Shown: piece after piece, positions 19,766-28,923 of the stretch | Position numbering within the stretch: position 1 is the first letter of the stretch | Layout: each line of letters starts with the position of its first letter | Source: an uncultured delta proteobacterium | GTDB taxonomy: Bacteria > Desulfobacterota > Desulfomonilia > UBA1062 | DNA length: 64,000 nt | NCBI GenBank assembly: GCA_963752595.1 | Contig: CAVVYZ010000013.1 | Span: 160,001 to 224,000 of the forward strand | Reading direction: 5' to 3' | The notes under the pieces: generated by a model | Told to the model about the DNA's origin: nothing | Database searches by the model: none | Seen by the model: the letters and a program-made list of their open reading frames with translations, nothing else | Made by a program: the position numbers and the translations under genes

Positions 19766-21325
19766 TTACTGGGCGATCCACGCGTATCGGATATATGCTC
19801 GCCCGTTATTGCCCATGAATTTATATCCCTTGACCCTCTTGTTCACAAATTCATTTCGGCTCTCCATCGCATACGGGAAGATGCCGGATACATCTTCCGC
19901 CATCTTGTATTGCAGCTCCCTGAAATACTTCTTGCTCTTTTCCAGGTCCGGTTCCGTCTGGCAGAGGTCCATCAATTTGTTGATCTCCGGGTTGTTCTGC
20001 CCGGTTTCATTGCTCTTGAGTCCTCCGCGGAAGTAGTCATAAAAATAACCCGCCGCATCCGCGCGCCAACTGCCGGCATAATAGGTGGCCTCATAATCCT
20101 TTGTCCGGCGGACTTTTTGAAAAACCCCCCAATCCATTTGCTGGATTTTGGCTTTGATTCCCACCTTGGACAACTGCTCGACGATGATTTCGGAAGCAGG
20201 AATAAAGTCAGGGCTATGGGGAGAAGTCTTGATCGTGAATTCAAATCCGTTCGGATAGCCGGCTTCCTTGAGGAGTTTCTTGGCCATTTCATAGTCCTGT
20301 TTATAGTAGGGAAGTTTGGCAATCTCTTCCTGGGAAAGGACATAAGGGGTCGTACACGGCGGGATGACGCTGGAAAGCACCCCCTCGCCGGAGAGTACCC
20401 TGTCAATGATGGCCTGCCGATCCAAACTGACCGAGACGGCCTGACGTAATTTCACGTTGTTGAAAGGAAAGCGTTCATGATTCATCCAAAAGCGACCCTG
20501 CCGGGAGGCCAAACTCTTGGCCGCGATGACATTCGGTTCTTTGGCGGCCAGTTTGGCCATGTCAATCGACTTTACCCAGGCGATGTCGTAGGTGCCCCGC
20601 CTGATCCCCGCCAGACGCGAAGCCTCATCCTTGACAACGATAAAATCGAACCCGTCGATATAGGGAATGCCCGGTTCCCAATATTCGTTATTCCGGACGT
20701 AGGTGGCGCTGACGCCGTGTACGTATTCCTTCAATTTAAACGGGCCTGTCCCGATCATGACTTTTTGCAGGGTGCCATGCTTCTGGATCTCCTCTTTGGG
20801 AACGATGGCCGTATTCCGCTCAAATGCGGCAAATTTCAGGAAATCGGGAAAGGTGTCACTGAGTTTGATCCTGACGGTGTACTTATCGATGGCCTCCACA
20901 CTTTTCACCGGTTTCAGCAGCGAGGCGCTCGGGGATCCGGTCTTGGGATCCAGGATCCGATCGTACGAATATTTGACATCCTCCGATGTCATCTCCCGCC
21001 CGTTGTGAAACTTCACCCCTTTTCTCAGATGGAAGATAAAGGTGAGCGGATCCGGCTGTTCCCAGGAGGTGGCCAGGGAGGGTTCCAATTCCATCTTGTC
21101 ATTATAGCGCAGCAGGCACTGATAGACATGCTCGGTAAAGGTAAAGGTGGACATGACGAGCGAGAGATGCGGATCCAGCCCGACAGCCGCATCATCCGTA
21201 GCGACCTTGAGCCAGCCTCCCCGTTTGGGGGTCTGCGCAGACGACAGATCGATCTGGCAGACAAAAATCGATAAGAAGATCGCCAGAATAAAGGCCACGC
21301 ACCGTTTTCCGAGAGGGGACATCAT
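19766..21325 (-). CDS. ABC transporter substrate-binding protein, family 5 (DppA/OppA-like)
   Basis: Signal peptide, PKRGG.L, LDPH, P.LA.SW, FHLRKGVKFHNG, IGTGPFKL, LRQA...LDR, AKKLLKEAGYPNG. Confidence 0.95.
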   Translation of the reverse strand: MMSPLGKRCVAFILAIFLSIFVCQIDLSSAQTPKRGGWLKVATDDAAVGLDPHLSLVMSTFTFTEHVYQCLLRYNDKMELEPSLATSWEQPDPLTFIFHLRKGVKFHNGREMTSEDVKYSYDRILDPKTGSPSASLLKPVKSVEAIDKYTVRIKLSDTFPDFLKFAAFERNTAIVPKEEIQKHGTLQKVMIGTGPFKLKEYVHGVSATYVRNNEYWEPGIPYIDGFDFIVVKDEASRLAGIRRGTYDIAWVKSIDMAKLAAKEPNVIAAKSLASRQGRFWMNHERFPFNNVKLRQAVSVSLDRQAIIDRVLSGEGVLSSVIPPCTTPYVLSQEEIAKLPYYKQDYEMAKKLLKEAGYPNGFEFTIKTSPHSPDFIPASEIIVEQLSKVGIKAKIQQMDWGVFQKVRRTKDYEATYYAGSWRADAAGYFYDYFRGGLKSNETGQNNPEINKLMDLCQTEPDLEKSKKYFRELQYKMAEDVSGIFPYAMESRNEFVNKRVKGYKFMGNNGRAYIRYAWIAQ

Positions 21326-21464
21326 TTTTTACCTCCTTATAGTCTATGGTAACGTTGATTGGCTCCTTTCGAGGCAGATTTCTTTCCACCTCCTTATCTT
21401 CCAGAACGCCGTTGAATCCTTCAAGGCCAACTGAAAGCGAACGGCTCCTTCCCCCGTTTCCTTT

Positions 21465-22814
21465 TCATCGGCACCAGTTGTAGATCGTCAGGGCAAGTAT
21501 CTTGACATTCTCGATCAGGGGGTCCAGCTGAATCGATTCATCGATCGTATGGGACTGGCTCAATCCTCCCGGGCCGAGGACGACGGAGGGAATCCCGCCC
21601 TGGTTGACAAGATGCCGGCAATCATTCGCTCCGATTCCCGCCATCGTCTCCATCTTTCTTCCGAGCGCCTGCTCTCCCGAAGCCAGGATCGCCGCCACAA
21701 TTTCGGCCTTGGGGTCCATCCGGTGGGCATCATCATGATGGAAGAAAAGGACCTCCGGCGGATGGTTCGTCAGCCACGGATCCTCGCTGGCGGCCTTCAT
21801 CACGTATGCACGAAAAGAGTCCATGACCCCTTTGACCGAACCGATGTCGGGCCCGAAGTAGATGCTGCCCCGGAGGGAACAATCTCCGGCGCTCGCCGTG
21901 TCGTAAGATCCTCCCCAGACCCGTCCGATGTTGAGGGAGAACGGCATCTCGCCGGCGTACAGGTCACTGACCGGCCTCCTGTTCTGATCGGCTTCGAGTT
22001 GCAGGAGGTGCTTGATGATGACGGACAGCTTTTCGATGGCACTGACCCCGTCCTGAACACTCCCGGCCCAGCGGTTCTTGGTGTGCCTCACCTTGCCGGT
22101 CAGATTGATTCCCCAATAGACGCCGCCGTAGGAGCCGATCCGCACCCTGTTTTCCGAAGATTCCAGGGTAATGGCCGCGTCGGCGGTATATCCCCGGGCG
22201 ATACAGGCCAGCGTTCCGTTCCCGGAATGCTCTTCGTTGACCACGCTTTCGAGAATCACGTCCCCCTTCAATTTGATCCCGAGCGCAAGCAGGCACTGTA
22301 CGGCCCCGATGGCGGCGGCGATCCCCCCCTTGTCATCCGACGATCCCCTCCCGTACAGCGTGCCATCGACCGTCTCGGCGCCAAATGGATCGTGCGTCCA
22401 TGCATTCCGGGGCTCGATCGTAACGGTGTCGATGTGGGCATTCAGGATCAGTGAACGCCCCCCTCCCGTTCCTCTCCATATCCCGACCACGTTGGGCCGA
22501 TTGCGGTAATTCAACAGATCGATCATGTTGGAATTGAGCAGGTCCTGATACGTTGGAAGATCGTGGTAGGGCAAAATCAGATCGTGTTCCCAGTGGCTGG
22601 GGTATTGGGCGACCTCCGGATATTTGTTGAAAAGCTCCTCCACGTCGGGTTCCCAGACATCGACATCCAGCTTCATCCCCCTGTATTGCCTGGCGACCAG
22701 TTCCTGCGCCGTTCCTTCCTCCCCGGTCATGCTGGGAATCTTGATCAACGCCCTCAGGAGATCGGTGATCTCATCCCGCTTTTCCTCGACCTTCTTTACA
22801 ATCCTCTCTTCCAT
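21465..22814 (-). CDS. M20-family (ArgE/DapE-like) deacylase/peptidase
   Basis: LILNAHIDTV, YGRGSSDDKGG, VNEEHSG, HTIDE; ATG at 22814 after GAAGGAG. Confidence 0.92.
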   Translation of the reverse strand: MEERIVKKVEEKRDEITDLLRALIKIPSMTGEEGTAQELVARQYRGMKLDVDVWEPDVEELFNKYPEVAQYPSHWEHDLILPYHDLPTYQDLLNSNMIDLLNYRNRPNVVGIWRGTGGGRSLILNAHIDTVTIEPRNAWTHDPFGAETVDGTLYGRGSSDDKGGIAAAIGAVQCLLALGIKLKGDVILESVVNEEHSGNGTLACIARGYTADAAITLESSENRVRIGSYGGVYWGINLTGKVRHTKNRWAGSVQDGVSAIEKLSVIIKHLLQLEADQNRRPVSDLYAGEMPFSLNIGRVWGGSYDTASAGDCSLRGSIYFGPDIGSVKGVMDSFRAYVMKAASEDPWLTNHPPEVLFFHHDDAHRMDPKAEIVAAILASGEQALGRKMETMAGIGANDCRHLVNQGGIPSVVLGPGGLSQSHTIDESIQLDPLIENVKILALTIYNWCR

Positions 22815-23988
22815 CCAGCGATTCTCCTTCCGGGGTTTTTGAAATTCTCTGGACATTTGACGTTCGGGAAGGGTGCTTCTTCTCCCGCCCCCGGCAGATC
22901 GTCTCAGGCGGCTGCCCCGAATCGGGGAGCGGGAGATTCAACTCAAGGGCGATCTGCTGAAGCTTTTTCCATGTCTGCGGGAGAACGGGGACCTTTCCCT
23001 TCCGATTCTTCTGCTTCGCCAAGGCCTCCGGTTCACCAGGGATAAAGATCTCCTCGACCCCCGGCTCCCGGGGCGAACATTTCACTTCCTCGATCAGCAA
23101 CTCCAAATCCCTGTCAAAGTCATCCCGTGGTCGGAATCCGGAAACTTTCATCGCGCCGAAGAAGTGGCCGATGTTCGCCTCGACCTCCTTCTTGGAGGCC
23201 GAAAGCCTGCGGCCGGAATGCGCCCCTGACAGGGGCCCGCACAGGATGTCCACCAGCAGACCTAAACCGTACCCCTTGTAGCCGCCTGTTTCCGCTCTTC
23301 CCCCCAGGGGACAGTGAAGGACAGACATGGGGACGACCCCTTCCTCGTCGAGGAACGGCTTGACCGACGGGTAGACCCATCCCTCGGGAACATCAACCCC
23401 TTTCCGCACGGCCACATCGAGTTTTCCGCTGGATACCGCGCTGGTCGCCATATCCAGGATGAAGGGCGGCTTCGTCCTCCTCGGGACAGCGGCACTGATC
23501 GGGTTGGTTCCCAGGATTCCGGTTGTTCCTCCCGTGGGTACAACCCGCGGGGATGCATTGGTCATGGTTATGCCGATCATATTCTCGGCCAGCGCCATGG
23601 AGGAGTAGTATCCGGCGATGCCGAAATGGTTGCTTCTGGAAACCGCCAGAAATGCCGAACCAAATTCTGCCGCTCGGGACAAGCAGGCCTGCATGGCCCG
23701 GTGACCCACGACCATTCCGAGGCCGTTCCCTCCGTCACAGCATCCTGTCGTCGGGGTTACCCAGGTGATATCGATCTGGGGTTTCGTCTCTATGAGGCCC
23801 TTGCGGATTCTCGTGTACGTGGGGAACAATCTGGAGACCCCGTGGCAATCAAAACCTCTCAGATCCGCCTCTATCAGAACGTCCGCCGCAATCCAGGCAT
23901 CCTCCTCCGAAACTCCCAGCTCCTCGAATACCTTTTGGGTGAATTTGCGAAGCCATTCGATCCCGAAAAAGACAGGTTCGAAAGTCAC
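22771..23988 (-). CDS. Ldh_2-family (malate/L-lactate/ureidoglycolate-type) oxidoreductase
   Basis: ADLRG..CHGV.RL, DGGNGLG, SNHFGIAGYY, GTNPI, LDMATS, GGYKGYGL, IPGEPE. The C-terminal ~40 aa may be an artefactual extension. Confidence 0.92.
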   Translation of the reverse strand: MTFEPVFFGIEWLRKFTQKVFEELGVSEEDAWIAADVLIEADLRGFDCHGVSRLFPTYTRIRKGLIETKPQIDITWVTPTTGCCDGGNGLGMVVGHRAMQACLSRAAEFGSAFLAVSRSNHFGIAGYYSSMALAENMIGITMTNASPRVVPTGGTTGILGTNPISAAVPRRTKPPFILDMATSAVSSGKLDVAVRKGVDVPEGWVYPSVKPFLDEEGVVPMSVLHCPLGGRAETGGYKGYGLGLLVDILCGPLSGAHSGRRLSASKKEVEANIGHFFGAMKVSGFRPRDDFDRDLELLIEEVKCSPREPGVEEIFIPGEPEALAKQKNRKGKVPVLPQTWKKLQQIALELNLPLPDSGQPPETICRGREKKHPSRTSNVQRISKTPEGESLDGREDCKEGRGKAG

Positions 23989-24079
23989 GTGTATATTCCC
24001 CTCTTTCAAGCTTCTTTTAACACACTGAACGGTAAAAAGCCGATACCATTAACCACTACCCGTGTCAACCCGAAGTTTT

Positions 24080-24094
24080 TTATCACCGTGATAA
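24080..24094. promoter_or_regulatory. Palindromic operator candidate TTATCAC-N-GTGATAA
   Basis: Perfect 7-1-7 inverted repeat ~90 nt upstream of the first gene of the catabolic operon. Confidence 0.5.
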
Positions 24095-24243
24095 GAAAAA
24101 TGAATGACCTTTGAATGGTTTATTTTTGGTAAGAACTTGCTTTTGGGTGCGTTGAAAATACTTTTGTCAGTCATGAATGTCAAGGAGATTTCGGCGTAAT
24201 ATACTCTGGCGAGAAACGAGACGGCGATATCTTTTTCCCAAAT

Positions 24244-24460
24244 TTATGTCAGCAGGATGCAAGCGAAACCACTATGCAGGTTACGGAAGTCCAAATACCG
24301 GTAGATGACCTTCCAAAGATTATAGAGGTAAGAATCCGAGGGATCGCTCAAACCGCTCTTCGTACTCTTAGAGGAAGGATTCAAGTGGATCCTCGATACA
24401 GCAGCAATAAACTGGTTGCCTGCGGATATCGCGGGCGATAAACGGCGGCTGGAACAGCCT
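24244..24460 (-). mobile_element. Degenerate IS91-family-like transposase N-terminal fragment
   Basis: Three minus frames give VYRPRYPQAT / YCCCIEDPLESFL*EYEERFERSLGFL / LWKVIYRYLDFRNLHSGFACI. This resembles the IS91 Zn-binding N-terminus (YRPR.P...EDH.E.F...YEERF...YG...VI.RYL.CG.L..GFAR). In-frame stops are present. Confidence 0.65.
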
Positions 24461-24649
24461 GGTCCTTCGTCGTCGAGGAAAACGGGCCGTCTCTTATAGG
24501 CCGTTTTTATCAAGATAAAAAGTAAAGGAATAGGGCTTTACGCCGCCTACGCAATCTGTTAATGACTCCTTTATTGACCCTTCACAATACGTTGGGATAA
24601 CACCGTTTTAATAGGGGCGGGAAAGCCGCCATAGCGAATAGAGGAGATC

Positions 24650-25936
24650 ATGAAAACCATACGGACCAGCGACGCCGAATTTGAGAGTTGTTTCAATCAG
24701 ATCCGTGAACGGGGCCGGGTCTTCGATCCCGAACTCTGGGCCTCCGTCGGACGGATTGTTGAAGACGTGGCCCTGCGGGGGGATGAGGCCCTTTTTGCCT
24801 ATACCGCAAAGTGGGACGGGCATGCCATCACCGCCGCGACGGTCGAGGCCTCTGTAGAAGAGAGGAAGGAGGCGGCGGCGCGGATGGATCCGGAAGACCT
24901 GGAGATCCTCCGTCTGGCCGCCAGGAGAATCGAGCGGTTCCATCAGCGGCAGCGCCAGGAGGGATGGTCGGTGAAGGACGAAGAAGGGATAGAACTCGGT
25001 CAATCCCTCCTCCCTCTCTCCCGCGTCGGCATCTATGCGCCGGGAGGGCTGGCCTGCTATCCCTCTACGGTCCTCATGACGGCGATTCCGGCCCGGATCG
25101 CAGGCGTGGGAGAGATCATCCTGGTGACGCCGTCCCGTGACGGGCAATTGCACCCCCTGATCGCCGCAGCCGCAGAGCTGGGAGGGGTGACCCGGATCTT
25201 CAAGGTCGGCGGCGCCCAGGCGATCGCGGCCCTGGCCTTCGGCACCGCATCGGTCCCCCGCGTCGACAAGATCGTCGGTCCGGGTAACGCCTACGTGGCG
25301 GCCGCCAAGAAGATGGTCTTCGGCCGGGTGGCGATCGACATGATCGCCGGACCCAGCGAGGTGCTCATCATCGCGGACGGGACGGGCGATGCCGCCTTTG
25401 CCGCCGCCGATATGCTGGCGCAGGCCGAACACGACGAGACGGCGAGCGCCGTCCTGCTGACGCCGGATGCGGCCTTTGCCGAGGCCGTGGCTTCTGAGGT
25501 GGCAAGGCAACTGGAGGGCCTGACGCGCAAGGGCATCGCCTCCCGCTCGCTTGCGGCCTTCGGCGCCGCGGTCGTCACGCGGGACCTCGCCGAAGCGGTC
25601 GCCCTGGCCAATCGTTTCGCGCCGGAGCACCTCGAACTGATGGTGCAAAATCCCCGGCAGCTCCTTGCGGAGATCAGGAATGCGGGCGCGGTCTTTTTGG
25701 GGATGTATACCCCGGAGGCGCTGGGCGATTACATGGCGGGACCCAATCATGTCCTGCCGACCGGGGGGACGGCCCGCTTCGCTTCCCCCTTGGGTGTCTA
25801 TGATTTCGTCAAGCGGACCAGCATTCTCTCTTTTACACGGGAGGCGCTTCTGAGATACGGGGCGCAGACTGCCCGTTTTACAGACCTGGAGGGTCTTGAC
25901 GGCCACGGGAAATCGGTCCGGCTGCGTATGGAATGA
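24650..25936 (+). CDS. hisD: Histidinol dehydrogenase
   Basis: GIYAPGG..YPSTVLM, GGAQAIAALAFG, GPGNAYV, IDMIAGPSE, AQAEHD, APEHL, GDYMAGPNHVLPTGGTARF. Confidence 0.95.
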   Translation: MKTIRTSDAEFESCFNQIRERGRVFDPELWASVGRIVEDVALRGDEALFAYTAKWDGHAITAATVEASVEERKEAAARMDPEDLEILRLAARRIERFHQRQRQEGWSVKDEEGIELGQSLLPLSRVGIYAPGGLACYPSTVLMTAIPARIAGVGEIILVTPSRDGQLHPLIAAAAELGGVTRIFKVGGAQAIAALAFGTASVPRVDKIVGPGNAYVAAAKKMVFGRVAIDMIAGPSEVLIIADGTGDAAFAAADMLAQAEHDETASAVLLTPDAAFAEAVASEVARQLEGLTRKGIASRSLAAFGAAVVTRDLAEAVALANRFAPEHLELMVQNPRQLLAEIRNAGAVFLGMYTPEALGDYMAGPNHVLPTGGTARFASPLGVYDFVKRTSILSFTREALLRYGAQTARFTDLEGLDGHGKSVRLRME

Positions 25937-26111
25937 ATCCGGCAGAGGGCCTTCGGTCTTTACCGGGACCGGAACGGCCCTGACACATTTTCAATGTTCC
26001 CCGCGAATCTTGCCGCCTATAAGGCTGGGCTTGTCAGGCTCACACTGTCTGTAGTAATTCCCACTACCGGACGCGCCAACAGCCGTTGACCGGGGTGCCG
26101 GAGAGGCCGCT

Positions 26112-27815
26112 CTATCCCCGGTCCCATCCTCCCCGGGACCGCAACTCCTGCACCACCTGCGCGGCCCTCTCCCTGAGGGTGAGATAATCGGTCTTGGCCA
26201 CCCGGTTGAGCGGGATCTCGCCCATTTTGAGGATCACCACGTGGGACGGGCGGGAATAGGCGGAGATGTCCTCGCAGGCGGCGATGACCTCTTCGGGCGT
26301 GAGGGTCTGACCGTCCAGGCATTCCACGAAGGCCATGATCCCCTCGCTGAAGACCTCGTGCTCCACGCCGACGACGGACACCAGGGCGACCTTGTCCTTG
26401 AGCTTCGCATGGATGTGGCGTTCGACGTCCTCCGGGAAGACCTGATACCCCTTCGGCTTGATGACGAGCTTGGCCCGGCCGGAGAAGTGAAGCCCCTTGT
26501 CATCGTATGTGCCGACGTCGCCCGTATAGCAGATCCCCTCTTTCGAGACGGTCTTTGCCGTATTCTCCGGGTCCCCCAGATAACCGAGGAAGACCTGGGG
26601 ACCGGAGAAGCAGATCTCCCCGACCTCTCCTGCGGGTTTCTCCGCACCGGCGGTCCCGTCGGAATTCATGAGATGGCGGATGGTGAGGGGGCAAAGGGGG
26701 GAGTCATAGCCGATCCCCTGGGCGAGCTCGTCCACATCGGCGTCCACATTCGTGTAAGTACAGAATCCCGCCGTTTCCGTGAGCCCCAGGCCCGTTCCGA
26801 TCCGGGGGGCCATCGCCTTCATCTTCACCAGGAACTCCCGGGGCACCGCCTGGCCGCCGTAAATGGCGAAGCGGAGGCTGGACAGGTCGTACTTCGGATA
26901 ATCGGGGAGACGCCATTCCATGTTGAACAGGGCCGGGATCTGGCCGATGATGGTGACCCGGTGTTTCTCAACCGCCTCCAGGGAGAGCTTCGGGTCGAAG
27001 ATGTGAAGGATGACCGCGACACCGCCGCCGAAGAGGATCGTCCCGAGCTGCTCCGTCGTGCAGCCCACATGGGAAGGGGGAAGGTTGATCAGCATCCGGT
27101 CGGACATCTCCAGCTCAAAGCCTTCGCTCAGGGAGATGTTCTGGATCAGGATGTTCTCATGGCACAGAAGCGCCGGCTTCGGGGAGCCGGTGGAGCCTGT
27201 AGTGAAGATGATGAGTGCCGCATCCCGCTTGCCGACTTGACGCCGCGCCTTCTTCACCCGGCCGGTGAGGAGGTTCAGGAGAAACACCTTCTTGATGTCC
27301 TTGACGAATTCCGTGATCCCCACGGCGCCGTCCATGATCAGGTCCGCCTCTTTCTGGAACTGCACCCAGTGCCGGATAGTGGGGCAGGAGGCCATCACTT
27401 CCCTGATGATCGGCCGGAAGTCGGCGACCGGCGTCTTTCCCAGGAAGAAATAGGCCTTCGGTTTCATCTTCCCCATGCAGGTGATGATCTCCTTGGCCTT
27501 CAGGCGCAGGTCCAGGGGGGCGATGATGATGCCGACGCGGTAACAGGCGTAGATGAGATAGACATGTTCCTTCAGGAGCGGCAGGCTTGTGGCGATGATG
27601 TCCCCTTTGACAAGCCCGATGGAGAGGAGCTTGGCCGCAAAGGCCGAGACGGAGGTGTTGAATTTTTTCCAGGTGACCGTCTCGCCGGTGTTGTGTTCGA
27701 TGATCGCCGTTTCTTTGGGCCGCTGATCGGCGTAAAGGGAGATATAATCGGCGATGTTCGGAAGGAGGGATGCATACATCTCACGGCAGCGTTCGTCTTT
27801 CTGATGATCCTTCAT
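26112..27815 (-). CDS. Class I adenylate-forming enzyme (acyl-CoA synthetase family)
   Basis: IFTTGSTGSPK, GLTET, GEICFSGPQVFLGY, TGDVG, GRAK, terminal lysine motif. ATG at 27815 after AGGAGG. Confidence 0.9.
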   Translation of the reverse strand: MKDHQKDERCREMYASLLPNIADYISLYADQRPKETAIIEHNTGETVTWKKFNTSVSAFAAKLLSIGLVKGDIIATSLPLLKEHVYLIYACYRVGIIIAPLDLRLKAKEIITCMGKMKPKAYFFLGKTPVADFRPIIREVMASCPTIRHWVQFQKEADLIMDGAVGITEFVKDIKKVFLLNLLTGRVKKARRQVGKRDAALIIFTTGSTGSPKPALLCHENILIQNISLSEGFELEMSDRMLINLPPSHVGCTTEQLGTILFGGGVAVILHIFDPKLSLEAVEKHRVTIIGQIPALFNMEWRLPDYPKYDLSSLRFAIYGGQAVPREFLVKMKAMAPRIGTGLGLTETAGFCTYTNVDADVDELAQGIGYDSPLCPLTIRHLMNSDGTAGAEKPAGEVGEICFSGPQVFLGYLGDPENTAKTVSKEGICYTGDVGTYDDKGLHFSGRAKLVIKPKGYQVFPEDVERHIHAKLKDKVALVSVVGVEHEVFSEGIMAFVECLDGQTLTPEEVIAACEDISAYSRPSHVVILKMGEIPLNRVAKTDYLTLRERAAQVVQELRSRGGWDRG

Positions 27816-28010
27816 GGCGGTGGCCTCCTGATGGGGTTGAAAGGGAACGAGAATCGAGTCCCTGAAGTACCGGAAAATGTGTTCTTGTGTCAAGGAATAT
27901 CAGCGGTACCAGAGCCCATTCATCGATCTTCCCACTGCTGTTCAGTGATTAGGTATACAGGCAAAGGGTGAGGGGTGATATTTCCCCTCCGGCCCCAACG
28001 CCGGTCTTTT

Positions 28011-28406
28011 TCAGGGGCGATTGACAGACCTGATGACAAGCCAGACGGTGAGCGCCGCCGCGAGGATCCAGATCAGGACGATCACCGCGGCCGCGATCAT
28101 CCCCGCCCGCGTTGCTTGTCCCACGATCGTCTCCGATTTCTGACGGCACTCCGCAAGGATCTCCGGCGGGATCATCCGGATGACGAGCATGATCCCCAGC
28201 GGGATGAGGATCAGGTCGTCCAGGTATCCCAGAACGGGGATGAAATCCGGGATCAGGTCGATCGGGGAGAGGGCATAGCCGACGACGAGGAGGGCAAGGG
28301 CCTTCGCATACCAGGAAACACCCGGGTGGCGGCAGGCCAGATAGAGGGCGAAGGTCTCCTTCTTCAGGGCCTTCACACGCTCCTTCCAGGGACCTGACGA
28401 TCTCAT
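28011..28406 (-). CDS. YkvA/DUF1232 family membrane protein
   Basis: YALSPIDLIPDFIPVLGYLDD signature. Confidence 0.9.
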   Translation of the reverse strand: MRSSGPWKERVKALKKETFALYLACRHPGVSWYAKALALLVVGYALSPIDLIPDFIPVLGYLDDLILIPLGIMLVIRMIPPEILAECRQKSETIVGQATRAGMIAAAVIVLIWILAAALTVWLVIRSVNRP

Positions 28407-28869
28407 GAGGGGTTCTCCGGTTCCGTCCTATGCGACAGGGATTTGATTGACGCGGGATGAGAATGCCTTGGTTGTTTTAACGCAGTCATGGTGCTTCCCA
28501 CAGCAATACGACGATGATAAACCCCGGCGCCAGCGGATATCGAATTTTCAAAGGATGAATTTCCGATCATGGCTTCGGGCTGAGCGATTTATGCAAAAAC
28601 ATTGTGGTGCAGTATTGCATTTTTGGGGTCTTATGTCTATTTTTTATAGGCTTCGATCCATTTCTTGACGAGTCGCCCGCCTGCTGCTGATAGGCCCTGA
28701 TCTTCGAACGGATGGATTCGGGAAGATTTATTCCGATGGATTTGATGATAAAAAAGGTGTGATTTATTGAAAATTATGCGACAGTAATATCAATGAAGGT
28801 CAACGCATATAAAGGATAACCCTTTTTTTAACCCCTAACGTATAGGGGAAATTGGGCGGAATTATTGGG

Positions 28870-28908
28870 ACCCCGTTTCTCGTCATTGAAGAAACGGGGT
28901 TTTTGTTT
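28870..28908 (+). terminator. Intrinsic terminator in the 5' leader of the glucan synthase gene
   Basis: Perfect 11-bp stem ACCCCGTTTCT/AGAAACGGGGT, 9-nt loop, then TTTTGTTT; AGGAG SD at 28909-13. Confidence 0.7.
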
Positions 28909-28923
28909 AGGAGTCCTACTGCC

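Noticed and set aside
24124-24142. Sigma54 promoter-like strings (TGGTAAGAACTTGC; also ~28605 and ~61392)
   Set aside because: GG-to-GC spacing is 9 or 11 nt rather than the required 10.
24650-25936. hisD as the sulfopropanediol dehydrogenase HpsN
   Set aside because: Motifs (DMIAGPSE, GDYMAGPNHVLPT) look like canonical HisD and there are no adjacent sulfonate genes.
24608-27971. Long antisense ORFs (e.g. 24608..25906 -, 26241..27971 +; likewise 8869..10389 -, 47054..48424 -)
   Set aside because: Shadow frames of well-supported genes in GC-rich DNA, with no motifs.
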